The position numbers and the translations under genes are program-made. From Cenococcum geophilum (taxonomy: Eukaryota): 64,000 nt of DNA. Positions 12,372 through 24,142 of the stretch are shown here, piece after piece. Each line of letters starts with the position of its first letter. Position 1 is the first letter of the stretch. Where the stretch lies: positions 9,424,001 to 9,488,000 of the forward strand of contig CP158635.1 of NCBI GenBank assembly GCA_050273025.1. Reading direction: 5' to 3'. The notes under the pieces are model-generated. The model had not been told where the DNA came from and did not search any database. It saw only the letters and a list, made by a program, of their open reading frames with translations.

Positions 12372-14008
12372 ATGACTGGGGTGAAGTTCTTATTGCCAGA
12401 CCGTCCCGATTTTGCATCCCCACAAATGTCCAATGGCGACTCTAACGAAGATTGGGACGACAAAGATGACCAAGCCCAGCGATGGCATCCATCTAGTCCA
12501 TTCGATCCTGTGATACCACCCGGACGACGGATTTACGTACGCTCTGATTCCAAAAGACGGCGAGATCTAGACGGTGAAGAAAGACTCGGGAATGAAGACA
12601 AAAGTCCTCTCAATCATCAGATACGGAAGCTAGCTAAAGACGTGGACATTGCCTATTGGAAAAAGAAGATAGCCTTGAAAGGGTTGAAAACGACCCTTGA
12701 GAAGCGGAACAAGAAATGGTTCCGATCGGTGACCATTTCTGACAGCGGGATTTCTGGGTACCACTATCCCCATCCGTCCCGAGTACTGTCCACAATGCTG
12801 GAACGCATTAAGTCCCTCAACAACGAGAGATACGGCGCATATCTCCAGGTTGAAGCCAAACTTGTTGTAAAGTTGAAAGGCGTTCTCCGCACTGAAGCTT
12901 TAAGGGTTTTCGAGAATGGAGACTATGAACGAAGCCAGTAAGTATTCTTTGATATTTATGATTGACTAGCACTCATTCTCTATCAAGTCTCCTCTCTATT
13001 TGTGGAACTCCTCCGAACGGCGCCGGTATTTATCTTCATATTCTCTGGCTTGAAAGCGATCCCCGGTTTTACTTATATGTTGGTTAAAGTCAAGAAACAC
13101 AACAGAGAATCCAACATCATAATGATCCTAGATATCGCGAGCGATACAAATCGCTTCACTACTATGTTTGGGAGAAGCTGGGGCCTAATGTGAAGTCTGC
13201 ATGGGTTATGCTCTCGGCTCCTGGACCTGACGTTCTGATTGACCCACTCTCATTAAATCTTTTAGAGATGTGGTGCAGTCTCACTCTTCAAACTCTCCCA
13301 AAGGATACGCTGGCGCAGTACCTTCCATGCGAGACGCTAGCACCCCAGGCAGGCTGCCACTTGAACCTTGCATCACCGCTCAGCCAAAGTGTACAATCAA
13401 AAGGCCCCGAAGCTGACGGCTTGGGTAATTTATATGCTTCTGATGATTCTCTTTTCAAAGAGTATTTCAAAGAACGTGTGAGACAATATCGCGAGCTGCG
13501 GAATTCGAACGACCCTTTCTTACGCGATTACTGGTGGGACAACGCAAAACGAGCAGTAAATGCTGCAAATAAAACCGTCCGCGACAGAATTCGCTCAGAA
13601 TCCCTGGAAGGAATGGAGCTACCAATCGCAATTCGCGTTAAGAAGAGCACTCAGACATTTTCAGTGGGTCCCTGTTTACTCAGTGTGCCTATAGAACTTA
13701 TAAGACTTGCTCCAAAGAAAATCTTGCACGTCCAATGCGTTCTTACAGAAAGCCCGGACAATGATTGTTACGCACAGGCGAGTCGTCGTTCTGATGATGC
13801 GTCGCGTCTACTAGTGCGGATTTGCGGGACAGATGTAGATGGAAAGAAGTTCGACGGCATAACATACTCGAACGGCCAAAAATGCGTATACAAAGCTAAC
13901 ACTTTGTTCGATATCCTAGCAGGAAGGAGTCTTACAGAATCGCGCAATTTGCCACGGCGCTATATGTGCTGTAGGCAAAATAGTGGAAGATTAACAAAAT
14001 ACACTTAG
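12372..14008 (+). pseudogene. GIY-YIG nuclease-domain protein (~528 aa; exons 12372-12937 and 12988-14008) with one premature stop at 13085-13087
   Basis: A 50-nt intron GTAAGT...AAG (12938-12987) joins ORF 12369-12941 in frame to ORF 13190-14008. The spliced product reads GIYLHILWLESDPRFYLYVG*SQETQQRIQHH...SLHYY...LNLLEMWC. The stop is TAA where CAA (Q) is expected. Alternative start at 12426. Confidence 0.8.
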
Positions 14009-14679
14009 AATGAGAAATATAGATTTGGGCAATGCCATAAATTTGTCAAGTGCTATTATATACTACGAGATATTATAGATTAGCTAGGAAATAGGAACGT
14101 TAATTAGCAATTACAAGGCTAGAGAAATAAAGGTCAACGATAATTATACACCAAGCATAAACGAATAAGTCGTAGCACATTTTCTTTTGGCCTGTATGAA
14201 GAACACCAGAGGTTTAACGACCCCAATATTTATTAAATTTTCTAAAAGTTGGCGAACCAAGTCTTTTGGTAGCATTATACTTAAGGGGAAATTTTCAAGA
14301 TTTTATCTTTTACTGGCGTTATGTTATTGCATTTTAGAAAAATTGCTTAGTCAGAAAGTGTCCCACGACTTATTCGGGTATGCCTGACACCCACTAAATG
14401 ATACGCGTACACCCCCCAATTAATACGCATACACCCCACCTTATTTAGTTTAGACGCTTCCTTATTAAGTTAGATGTTTCCTTATTAAGTTAGAATATCA
14501 CGTGCGTTTGACTTGTTTGTGCCTGCATCGCGAAAATTAAAGTGCGCGCCATGTATGCAACATCACGATTAAGTCTTAATTTTAGTTATAGTATAAGTAG
14601 TAGAGTCTAAATTTGGATCGCGACTGAGTCGCTTAATTGGATTGCGTAGTGCTTTATAAGGCGTCGCGCAAACTGATTT

Positions 14680-15373
14680 AGGGCGTGTTCGGTTGCAGCT
14701 CCAGACTGAATCTGGAGCCTCAATCTGATCTGGAGGTGTCTGTTCGGTCAATCTAGCGACTTTCTGATCTAGAGCTCCTTCAGATCGGCAACCGCGTCAA
14801 ATTCGCACGCTTTACCATATATAGTAGTTAAACTTAAGCTCTTGGCGTCAGATCAATCTACAGCTTTTTTCTCTAGATTAATCGTTAAGTCAAATCTGGA
14901 GCTCTGCTTATGCGTTTGCCCACCATACCTCCAACCGCCACCACCCTTACCAACGACAGATTACTACTGCAGCTGCAGGCCTATACGATGTCCTCTTAAT
15001 TAATTCTTATTGTCACCATTCAGATCCAACCAGGCAGAAGACATCGCTAATCCTAAGCTCCATCTAAGGCCTTTTATTAGAACGATTAACCAAACAGTCG
15101 GCTTTATTTTAGATTGAGTACGACTAACGTGGCTAACGGGGTTTTGACCGCTCCCCCAGTTATGACCGTTTGGAAAATCAAAGTGAGCCGAAATGTTAAT
15201 TTGGTGGAAAACAACTAACAAAAGTTCCAAACGGTCATAACTAGGGGAGCGGTCAAAACCCCGTTAACTACGTTACCAGATTAAGCGCCACTAATTATCT
15301 TCTAATTGACGCCGGTGAAAGCACGGATCAACGTCAGATTGAAAAAGCTCCAGATTGCAACCGAACACGCCCT
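14680..15373. mobile_element. PIF/Harbinger (Tourist)-like non-autonomous element
   Basis: Perfect 18-bp TIR AGGGCGTGTTCGGTTGCA flanked by TTT on both sides. The TIR resembles Tourist/PIF ends. Repeated subterminal ATCTGGAG/CTCCAGA motifs. Confidence 0.75.
15127..15273. mobile_element. pogo/Fot1-type MITE, 147 bp
   Basis: ~49-bp TIRs starting ACGT; TA TSD (15125-15126, 15274-15275). Confidence 0.88.
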
Positions 15374-15866
15374 TTTAGGTGCTGCCACCTGCTTCGCGCC
15401 CACGCGCACACGCGCCCACGCCCGCGCCCGGTACGACCCAAATTAACACCTCTGCTTCGCATTCAAGGGCCTGCAATTATAGAGCGTCGCGGCAGTCGGC
15501 CAAACCCTACAACTGGCTCTGCAATTGCCAATCGCGTCGACAGATCTACTCGTAGAGAGCCCTCAGCATTTGAGCGAAATACTGGCTACACCATTAGCTC
15601 GCACTTTGATTTTCGTAATGCAGGCGCAAACAAGTCAAACGCACGTGATATTCTAACTTAATAAGGAAACATCTAACTTAATAAGGAAGCGTCTAAACTA
15701 AATAAGGTGGGGGGTGTATGCGTATTAATTGGGGGGTGTACGCGTGGTGTATAATATTGTTAACCGAAATAAAAAGGCTTAAATTAGTTCCCAATTTTCT
15801 TTTTTAAATAGTCGGTCGAAAATTGATACTTTATAGCTATAATTAATATTCATTTGTGACTAAAAA

Positions 15867-16011
15867 GCCTTTCTGGTCTAGTTGGTTATGACGTCGGTCT
15901 CGTGAGTTTGTTAAGTTGGTAAAACCTACAATTCTAATTAATAATAGATATGATATGACTTCGAGCATCGAAGACATCCGAAGGTGGCCGGATCGATCCC
16001 GGCGAAGGGCA
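15867..16011 (+). tRNA. Intron-containing tRNA-Thr(CGT) gene, atypical or possibly a pseudogene; intron 15905-15975
   Basis: Acceptor stem GCCTTTC/GAAGGGC+A; D arm GTCT-AGTTGGTTA-TGAC; anticodon stem TCGGT/TCCGA with CT-CGT at 15899-15903; T arm GCCGG-ATCGATC-CCGGC; 71-nt intron at the canonical 37/38 position. Confidence 0.8.
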
Positions 16012-16063
16012 TTTCTTTTTTAAGTGAGGACAGTCCTTTTTTAAATGAGGACAGTTCTTTTTT
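16012..16063 (+). terminator. Pol III oligo-T terminator, reiterated in a ~21-bp tandem repeat
   Basis: T-runs directly after the tRNA; unit TTTTTTAARTGAGGACAGTYC about 2.5 times. Confidence 0.65.
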
Positions 16064-16114
16064 AAATATATTTTTCTCGGAATTTAGAGGGTATTAAACG
16101 GCCTAGAGCCTTCA

Positions 16115-17626
16115 CAGTGGACGAAGCATGTTATGTCGGTTAAGGCAGCAAGGCACCAACACCAACGAATGCCCCTAGATAGCAATACAACCACCAAAAA
16201 TCATCAAAATAATGACTGTTTCAACTCCAAATCGCCGTAAGGCTCGTAAGGAGGCCTCTACGCACACTCGCACTCGTTTTTATAACCTCTACGACGACCG
16301 CAGGCCCGGTGAGACCGTAGATAATGTATGCCGGCGCATTAACTTCACGCATAGCACCCGTACGGCCGAGCGTATGCTTAAGCTTTGCAGAGAGATAGGC
16401 AAGCAAGCTAACTACCGCCCTGGCAAGCACAGATCCGGCAAAAATTAACGTGTTATTAGTAATGAGCAGCTTAACGCTATCCAGAACGAAAAGAAGGGCA
16501 TATAGATGGCACCTCTTAACGCTATAATGCGAAAACACCGCATTACAGCCACCGTACGAACGCTATAAATATATAATAAGAAAAACAAGTGGAGGCGCTT
16601 TAAGATGGCTCTTTTAGAAGAATAGAGGCCTATAAGAGTAATACGAGTGGGAGCATAAGAATTATACGGTTAATAACTTTTGGAAGTTTATATACTTTAT
16701 GGATAAAGCGCACATTAACCCGCATTAAGAGAGCTCTAAGTATATCTATAGGAAGGAGGGAACACGCTATAAAATAGAGAATTTATAGCACTTTAATAGG
16801 TATAAGGATACCGGCGCACGCCTATATATGGCAAGCGATATCTTATAGCATTATATTAGTAAACTATAGTTTTATAACAATAAAAACGACTATATAGAAA
16901 TCGTTAAGCCCCCCTATAAGCTATGCTACCGTCTAGTAATAAAGATAGAGGAGGATTACTAGTAAAGGCTCTTAACGTGGCGTGCAGAGTAACCCTATAG
17001 TGTTAATGCGAAGCTAAAGGGCAATTTAATAACCTAAAAGTACTATACTAAGCGACTCCTCCCCGGCCTTATTGCCACCCTTTATAAGTATAAGAGTAAC
17101 TTAGAATACTAGGAATATACAGGGAAATACATGCTCTAAGAGGATAATAATAGCTCGTACGGTATATGGTTAAAGAATAACGTAGCCAGCCTAATAAAGG
17201 AGAGGGCTGGTATTTGGTGTCTTAAACACCTAGTATAATCCCCAGATCTTAACCTAATTAAAGGCCTCTAGAACGTCTTTAAACAACGTCTTCGGCAACG
17301 CTATTACAAGTAGAAAACACTAGAGGAGCTTAAGGAAATAGCCCATAAAGAATGGGATAGAATTCGCAATTCTATAAATAGCATATTAAAGATTCGACGG
17401 CGTATCGCCGAGATGCTATAGCAATGCAAATTGCTACGGAAAACGCGTGGCGAGCGCATCCGAAGCTCTTTGTGGTAATTAATATTGTATTATTTTAATG
17501 CAGAAGCAATAGATTTAGGCTTATGGACGTTGTTTTATAATAAAATACGTGTAATAAGGTCTGGCGTTTGAAATGGCTGCCTTGCTGCCTTGCTGCCTTA
17601 ACCGACATAATATACTTCGCCCACTA
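16115..17626 (+). mobile_element. Tc1/mariner DNA transposon, RIP-inactivated
   Basis: ~40-bp TIRs CAGTGGACGAAGCATGTTATGTCGGTTAAGGCAGCAAGGCA and its inverse ending at 17626. TA on the right flank, CA on the left. Confidence 0.9.
16212..17478 (+). pseudogene. Tc1-like DDE transposase
   Basis: The N-terminus is ORF 16212-16448. De-RIPed FTDEAH (~16696), QEDNDSSHG (~17137), SPDLNPIEGLW (~17239). Confidence 0.9.
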
Positions 17627-18098
17627 TACCTTTAATAAGCTAGAGCTAGTAAAGGAGGCAATAATCATAAAAGATTGCAAATATCCCCTCTATATATATA
17701 CTTATTTACCCGCTTAATTATATTACCTAATAATTAAGCTAGGCGAATAAGCGATATAATAAGAGGACTTTATCAGTTGCGTAAACTACGTAATTAGGTA
17801 TATATAAAGGGTTTTACTATATCTTTAGTTTTATCTATAACGTACTTTATTTTCAACTTTAATTTAGCTAATAAGTTTAACAAGATTATATATTAAAGAC
17901 TTTTATTATAAGCCGGTAATGCATAGTAAGGGAAAAGCTCTTACTATATCCAACCTAAAAGAAGACCAAACTAACTAAAAGATCCCTAAAAAACACCTAA
18001 AGAATCCCACTAAGATGTATATATCGTAGGGAAGGTATATATTAAATAATAGTAGTATATACTTATACGTAACCGCTAGAACTACGCCTAATAATAGC

Positions 18099-21000
18099 TA
18101 TTACAGAACACCCCTATAACACCTTACATATATCTACCTATTTCCACCAACTTAGCAATCTGACGGCAATTTACGGCATTCTGCTATATTCTACCAAGTT
18201 CTACTAAATTTTATTAAGTTTTGCTAGGACTATAACCTAAACCCTATTTTGCCCTATATATGTATTAACTAAGCAACTAAGTTAACAATATATACCCTTT
18301 CTTCCCGTTTTCCTACCTTCTTTCCTTACGCAACGTCTTAATTTTATTACACAGTTTATGTATATAGCTTAATAATATCTACTTTACTATATATTATCGT
18401 CGCTTATACTCACTCTATAACATTACATTATATTAAACCTATACTACCTTACCCTACCTAACATACAGAACAACCTAGAAGCCCCTATATCTATAATTAA
18501 TTTATATAATATATTTACTAAATAAATAAAGGGCCTGCAATAGGCCTTTATAGATACCCTTACTTAATAAAAGGTTTAACACTAAGAAATAATTAGATCC
18601 CTAAGAAAAGAAATTAAAGAAATCCGCCGTAACCTACTATCTGCTATACTACCGCCCCCACCCGTTCCTACTAGTGTTAGCCTATAAGTACTAAATGAAG
18701 AAGACATGTCTAAAACTGGCTCCTTAACCCTAAATTCGCCAATTAGTGCCCCTGTAAAGAATCTAACTAAATATCTCCCTAATCCTCCTACCTATTTAGG
18801 TAAAAGGAGCGAACTATACTTCTTCCTTAACTAACTTAAGAATAAGCTAAACGGTAATAGTAATTACTACCCCACCCCTAATAGTTAACTATATTATACT
18901 ATAAGCCATCTAACAGGAGACGCTATGGAAACTATATACCCGTTCTAGCTAAACACTATAAAAAAACTAGTTACTATACTAGAAGCATCTTATAGCGACC
19001 CTAACTAAATTATAATAGTATAAAGGAAACTAAATAAGATAATATATAGCTCTAAGAGCTTCCCATTATACTTTACTAAGTTCTACCGCTATGCTAAAGA
19101 GACTAAATAAAATAAACCCGCCTTAATTAATCGCCTAGTAAAATCCTTAAACTTTAAACTAAAGGCTTCCTTTATAGGAGTTAAGCTACCAAATACCCTT
19201 ACTACCTACACTAATATTATTAACGGCCTATATAATAATATACTACGCCTTACCCTAAAACATATACCTTAATACTCTACCCCCTAGCCGTCTAAGACCC
19301 GTAAGGACCTAAACGCTATAAATATTAACACTAAAACCCTCTCTTACGCCCTAAAAGGATCTATTAAACGTAAACGATGTATTAAATATAGCCTTTGTTT
19401 TAAGTGCGGAAGCGATACTTATATCTTAAGTTACTACTCTATTCCCCTGCCAAAAATAAATATTTAAATAACTAGTATAGGCAGTATACTACTATCCCAA
19501 CTATATAAAAGAATAACTAGTATAAGAAACCAATCGCCTTAACTAAGCTCTACCTACTAACCCCAATTATTATCTAGCTCTAATATGTTATATAATAAGC
19601 ACCACCTATAAGGATAAAGCTATAACTAACACGCTATAAGAACTCCGTCCTAATTGCCTCTAAAAGGAAGGTCTTAAAGCTAAATTACTTTCCGGGACGG
19701 CTCTACCTTAAGATCTTATTAAATGCTTTGGATGTTATAAACTCTAACTCTTAGGATTATAGCATAACCATTAACTACCGCCTATAGTAAAATAATTAAT
19801 GGGTTAGTACTTAAGTCTTAATTAATATAAGAGCCAGCAGTATAGGATTTATTAATAAGATCTTCGTGTAAGATAATAGTTTTACCCTAACCCCCCTTAA
19901 CTAACATATTAACGTATTTAGATTTAATGGTAAACGCACTATCTTAGGCCGTATTACCCACGTAGTATTCCTAAAACTCTAATACCTAAACTACAAAAAA
20001 CTAATTAGGCTTTTCGTTACCACCCTAAGTCACTTAGTAATCCTTAAACAACCCTAGATAAAGCTATATAAGGTAACTATTAATTAAAACAACCTTAAGA
20101 TTCTATTTACCGCCTCCTACTATAAGCAGAAGTACCTTATAACTTACTACTTAGACCTAAAACCAAAATCTAAAAAATCTACTAAGATCTACTAGCCTAA
20201 GAATTCCACTAAATTCCACTAATATCTACTAAGGATCTAAAAATTCCACTAAACCCCATAAATAGACCCCAAGTACTATACCGCCCCACGCTAAATAAAA
20301 GCTTAAGCTTACCATATAAAAGTACTAGAAGGACTAGTACTCTACTATAAAGAGCATACTTAAAGAACCCAAACCTAAATTTAACACTAACTCCGCATTT
20401 AATACTAAACCTAAAGCTAAACAGGAAGCTATATAAGAAACTATAGACAATTTAAGCGAGCTTAGCACCCTAGATATCCGCATAATTGGAGCTACCCTAC
20501 TAGCGCAACTTGTTAAGAAACCCGAGCATACAATCTTCGCTATCACAACAGCTAATATTAAGAAGGCCTTAGCACCAAAAAAGCACACTAACCCTGCCAT
20601 AAAGGTACTAGTAGAGTATTATTATTGCCTAGATGCATTCTTATAAAAGGAAGCTAATAAGCTACCAGAACACCAACTATAAGATTATACTTAAAGAAGG
20701 AAAGCAGCTTAGATTTAGACCCTTATACGGAATATCCTAAAATAAACTTTAAGTATTATAAAAGTATTTAGACGAGAACCTAAGTAAAGGATTTATTAGA
20801 GCAAGCTCGTCGCCTATAGCCGTACTAGTAATCTTTATTAAGAAACCCAGCGGCGGTCTACGCTTCTATATAGACTACTAAGCTCTTAATACCATTACTA
20901 TTAAGAACTAATATCTAATCCCGTTAATACAAGAGACGCTAAACCGACTAAGTAAGGCTTGTTACTACACAAAGCTCAATATTATCTCTATATTTAACCA

Positions 21001-23961
21001 TCTCCGTATTATAAAAGAAGACAAATAGCTTACTGCATTTCGTACCTAATATAGACTATTTAAATACTTAGTAACACCCTTCGGCCTTATAAACACTTTA
21101 AGCTTGTTTTAACATTATATAAATAATACCCTGCGCCCCTACCTAGACATCTTTTATACTACTTATATTAACAACATCCTAATATATAGTAATAACCTAA
21201 CTAAATATTGGAAACACGTTAACCTTATTCTATAAGCCCTATACGGAGCTAATCTATAATTAGATATAAATAAATACAAGTTCTATAAAACGGAAGTTCT
21301 ATACCTTAGACTCCTTATTTTTATAAACGGTATATAAATAGACCTAAAGAAAGTTAAAGTAATTGTAAACTAGCAAGAACCTAAGAACGTTAAGGATATA
21401 AAAGCCTTTATAGGATTTACTAATTTCTACTAACGGTTTATTAATAACTTCTCCGCCTTAGTTTTACCCCTTATAGCTCTAACCTAAAAGGATAAAGTTT
21501 TTATCTTTAATAAGGAATATAAGAAGGCCTTTACCTATCTAAAGGTTATATTTACTACTATACCTATACTCTAACACTTTAACCTAAACTAAATAAGTGT
21601 TATAGAAGCTAACTTATCTAACTACGTTACTAGAGGCATCCTATCTTAATATAATAAGGATAGAGTATTGCACCCTATAGCATACTTCTTAAAATAACTA
21701 AGCCTAGCTAAATATAACTACAAGATCTATAATAAGGAATTATTAGCTATTATTAGATGCTTTAAATAATAGCAATCTAAACTAAAAGGCGCTAGATTTT
21801 TAATTAAGGTCTTTAGTAACTATAAGAACCTATAGTACTTTACAACTATAAAACAGCTAAGTTATTATTAGGCCCGCTAGTTAGAATATCTATCTTATTT
21901 CCAATTCTTAATTATATACCGCCCGGGCGTCTAAAGTTAAAAGCCTAACGCCCTAACCTAACGCTTATAAAACGCACTAGCCCTAGAAGAAGCGCGCTTT
22001 TACTAAAATCAGACCCTACTTTGCCCTAAACTATTTAACCCTCTTACTAAAGACCTTACGGTATACGTCCTTAAAATAACTAATTAATTAATTAAACAGA
22101 TTATAGCTAATAAATACCTAAATAATAAGTTTATCTAGGAGACGCTTAAACTAATATATAATGGCATTAGACGCTTTAAAAAGATTTCTCTAAGTAAATA
22201 CGAAGCCTATAGAAACCGCTTATATTACTAGAACCGCCTAGTTATACCTAACTATAATAAACTTAAGCTTAAGCTCCTTAAACATATATATAATTTACTA
22301 GTAGCTGGCCACCTAGGCTAAGGAAAAACCCTAGAACTGCTCTAATAAGAATACTATTAGCCGAATATACACAATATAATATAAAGGTATATCTCCAGCT
22401 GCTATATCTACCGACGAGCTAAAGCTTTGCATAAGACGTATAACGGCCTCCTAAAGCCACTACCTGTTTTGGACTAAAGATAGAAGGATATCTTAATTAA
22501 CTTTATTATTAACCTCCCCGTAAGTAAAGGCTGTATAAATATTATAGTAGTTATAGACCAACTATCTAAGATAAGGCATCTAATCACCTGCTCTAATATG
22601 TTAACGCCTACTATTACCTAACTATTCCTAGATTATATATAGAAACTCTATAAACTCCCTAAAACAATTATCTCCGATAGAGGCAGCTAGTTTATCTTTA
22701 TATTTTAAAAAGAACTAACTACCTAACTCTATATTAAAGCACTGTTATTTATAGCATACTACCTAAAAACGGATAGTTAAATGGAACGTGTAAACGCTAT
22801 AATAGAATAGTATATTTAAATATATACGTTATACTTATAAGATAACTAGATTAACTAGCTTATATTTACTAAGTTTACCGCAAATAATTCCGTCTTAGAA
22901 ATTATAAAGGTCTCCCCATTCCTAGCTAACTACGGCTAGTATCTATAAATAGGTTTTAAACCCTTTAGTAATATTCCTCGCCCTACTTATTACGCCCTAT
23001 AAGTTATAAAAGTAAATAAATTTATAAAGAAGATAGAGGAACTATAACGGTTTTTTACTAATAAAATAATATAGGCCTAATCTATTTATAAAGCCGTAGC
23101 GAATAAGAAACGAACCCTAGCACTAGCCTACTAAATTAGTAACTTTATCTAGCTAGATACAAAAAACCTAAACATAAAATAACCTACTAAGAAACTTAAT
23201 TAGAAGAACGCTGGCCCTTATAAGATTAAGAAAGTTATTTCCTCTTACACCTACTAACTAAAGCTCCCTAATATGGTTAAAATCCACCCCGTATTCTATA
23301 TATTAGTCCTCCACCCCACTACCCCTATATTAAACGCCCTGCCTAAACAGATATAAGACCCTCCCCTATTAGTTAAAGTAGATAGTAAGAATAAGTACTT
23401 TATTAAAAGAATTAATAATATTAAGTGTAATAAACGGAAACGCTAATATATATATCTTATAAAATAGAAAGGCTTTACTAAGCCCTTATAGGAACCCGTT
23501 AACTCTATAGGACTTATATAAGCTATAGAAGACTTTTATAAACTCTACCTAAAACTACTACAGCCCTATCTCGCAAAAGCTTAAATTTAAAGTGGGGGTA
23601 CTATTATAGGATACCCCCGTAACACCTTATACACATCTACCTATTTCTACTAACTTAGTAATTAAAGACTAACCATGAAATGGCAATCTAATGGCAATCT
23701 AACGGCAATCTACGGTATTCTGCTATATTCTGCTAAGTTCTACTAAATTCTACTAAGTTCTACTAGGATTACAACCTAAACCCTATTCTGCCCTATATAT
23801 ATATTAATTAAGTAACTAAGTTAACAATATATGCCCTTTCTCCCCGTTTTCCTACCTTCTTTCCTTATATAACGTCTTAATTTTATTATATAGTTTATAT
23901 ATATAGCTTAATAATATCTACTTTGCTATATATTATCGTCGCTTATACTTACTCCGTAACA
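18099..23961 (+). mobile_element. Full-length Ty3/gypsy chromovirus C1, RIP-inactivated
   Basis: LTRs 18099-18422 and 23602-23961; TSD ATAGC; PPT AAGTGGGGG. gag knuckle CFKCG (~19396), protease LIDTG (~19817), RT YIDDIL (~21164), RNase H, integrase and C-terminal chromodomain (~23390-23500). Confidence 0.95.
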
Positions 23962-23979
23962 ATAGCCCTCTATAATAAG

Positions 23980-24142
23980 TGTTGGTAGGGGGGGTACTTG
24001 GGCAGTCTCTTTGAGCTCAGCGACGTGTCACGTGACAGCGCGCGGGCCATCGTGTAGATATCTTCTCGGGGCCTTCGAGCCCCTGAGCTTCCTCATAGAG
24101 CATCATATGTATCATTCCATCAGCCTGCTCAGTGCCCTGACA
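23980..24142. mobile_element. Solo LTR, 163 bp, free of RIP
   Basis: TGT...ACA termini; 5-bp TSD ATAAG (23975-23979, 24143-24147); GC-rich with CpA/TpG intact. Confidence 0.85.

Larger units (their letters stand above)
14132..15765. mobile_element. Non-autonomous long-TIR DNA transposon, probably Mutator-like
   Basis: Termini GGTCAACGATAATTATACACCA / TGGTGTATAATATTGTTAACC with 8-bp TSD GAAATAAA (14124-14131, 15766-15773). Internal ~125-bp near-perfect inverted repeat (14403-14528 vs 15618-15745). Superfamily inferred from GG ends, long TIR and AT-rich TSD. Confidence 0.75.

Noticed and set aside
13002..13470. ORFs 13002-13193 (+) and 13288-13470 (-)
   Set aside because: Alternative-frame or antisense shadows of the GIY-YIG gene.
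14187..15230. Three short ORFs in the nested DNA elements
   Set aside because: They lie in or across non-autonomous elements and show no transposase motifs.
12316..16100. Starship or other giant element boundary at the tRNA
   Set aside because: No tyrosine recombinase captain, the tRNA is not interrupted and there are no diagnostic direct repeats.
20334..20600. Hydrophobic 88-aa minus ORF (similar ones at 31629-31814, 36452-36643, 48231-48416, 60624-60950)
   Set aside because: Antisense to RIPed pol or transposase; the hydrophobicity comes from AT-rich codons.
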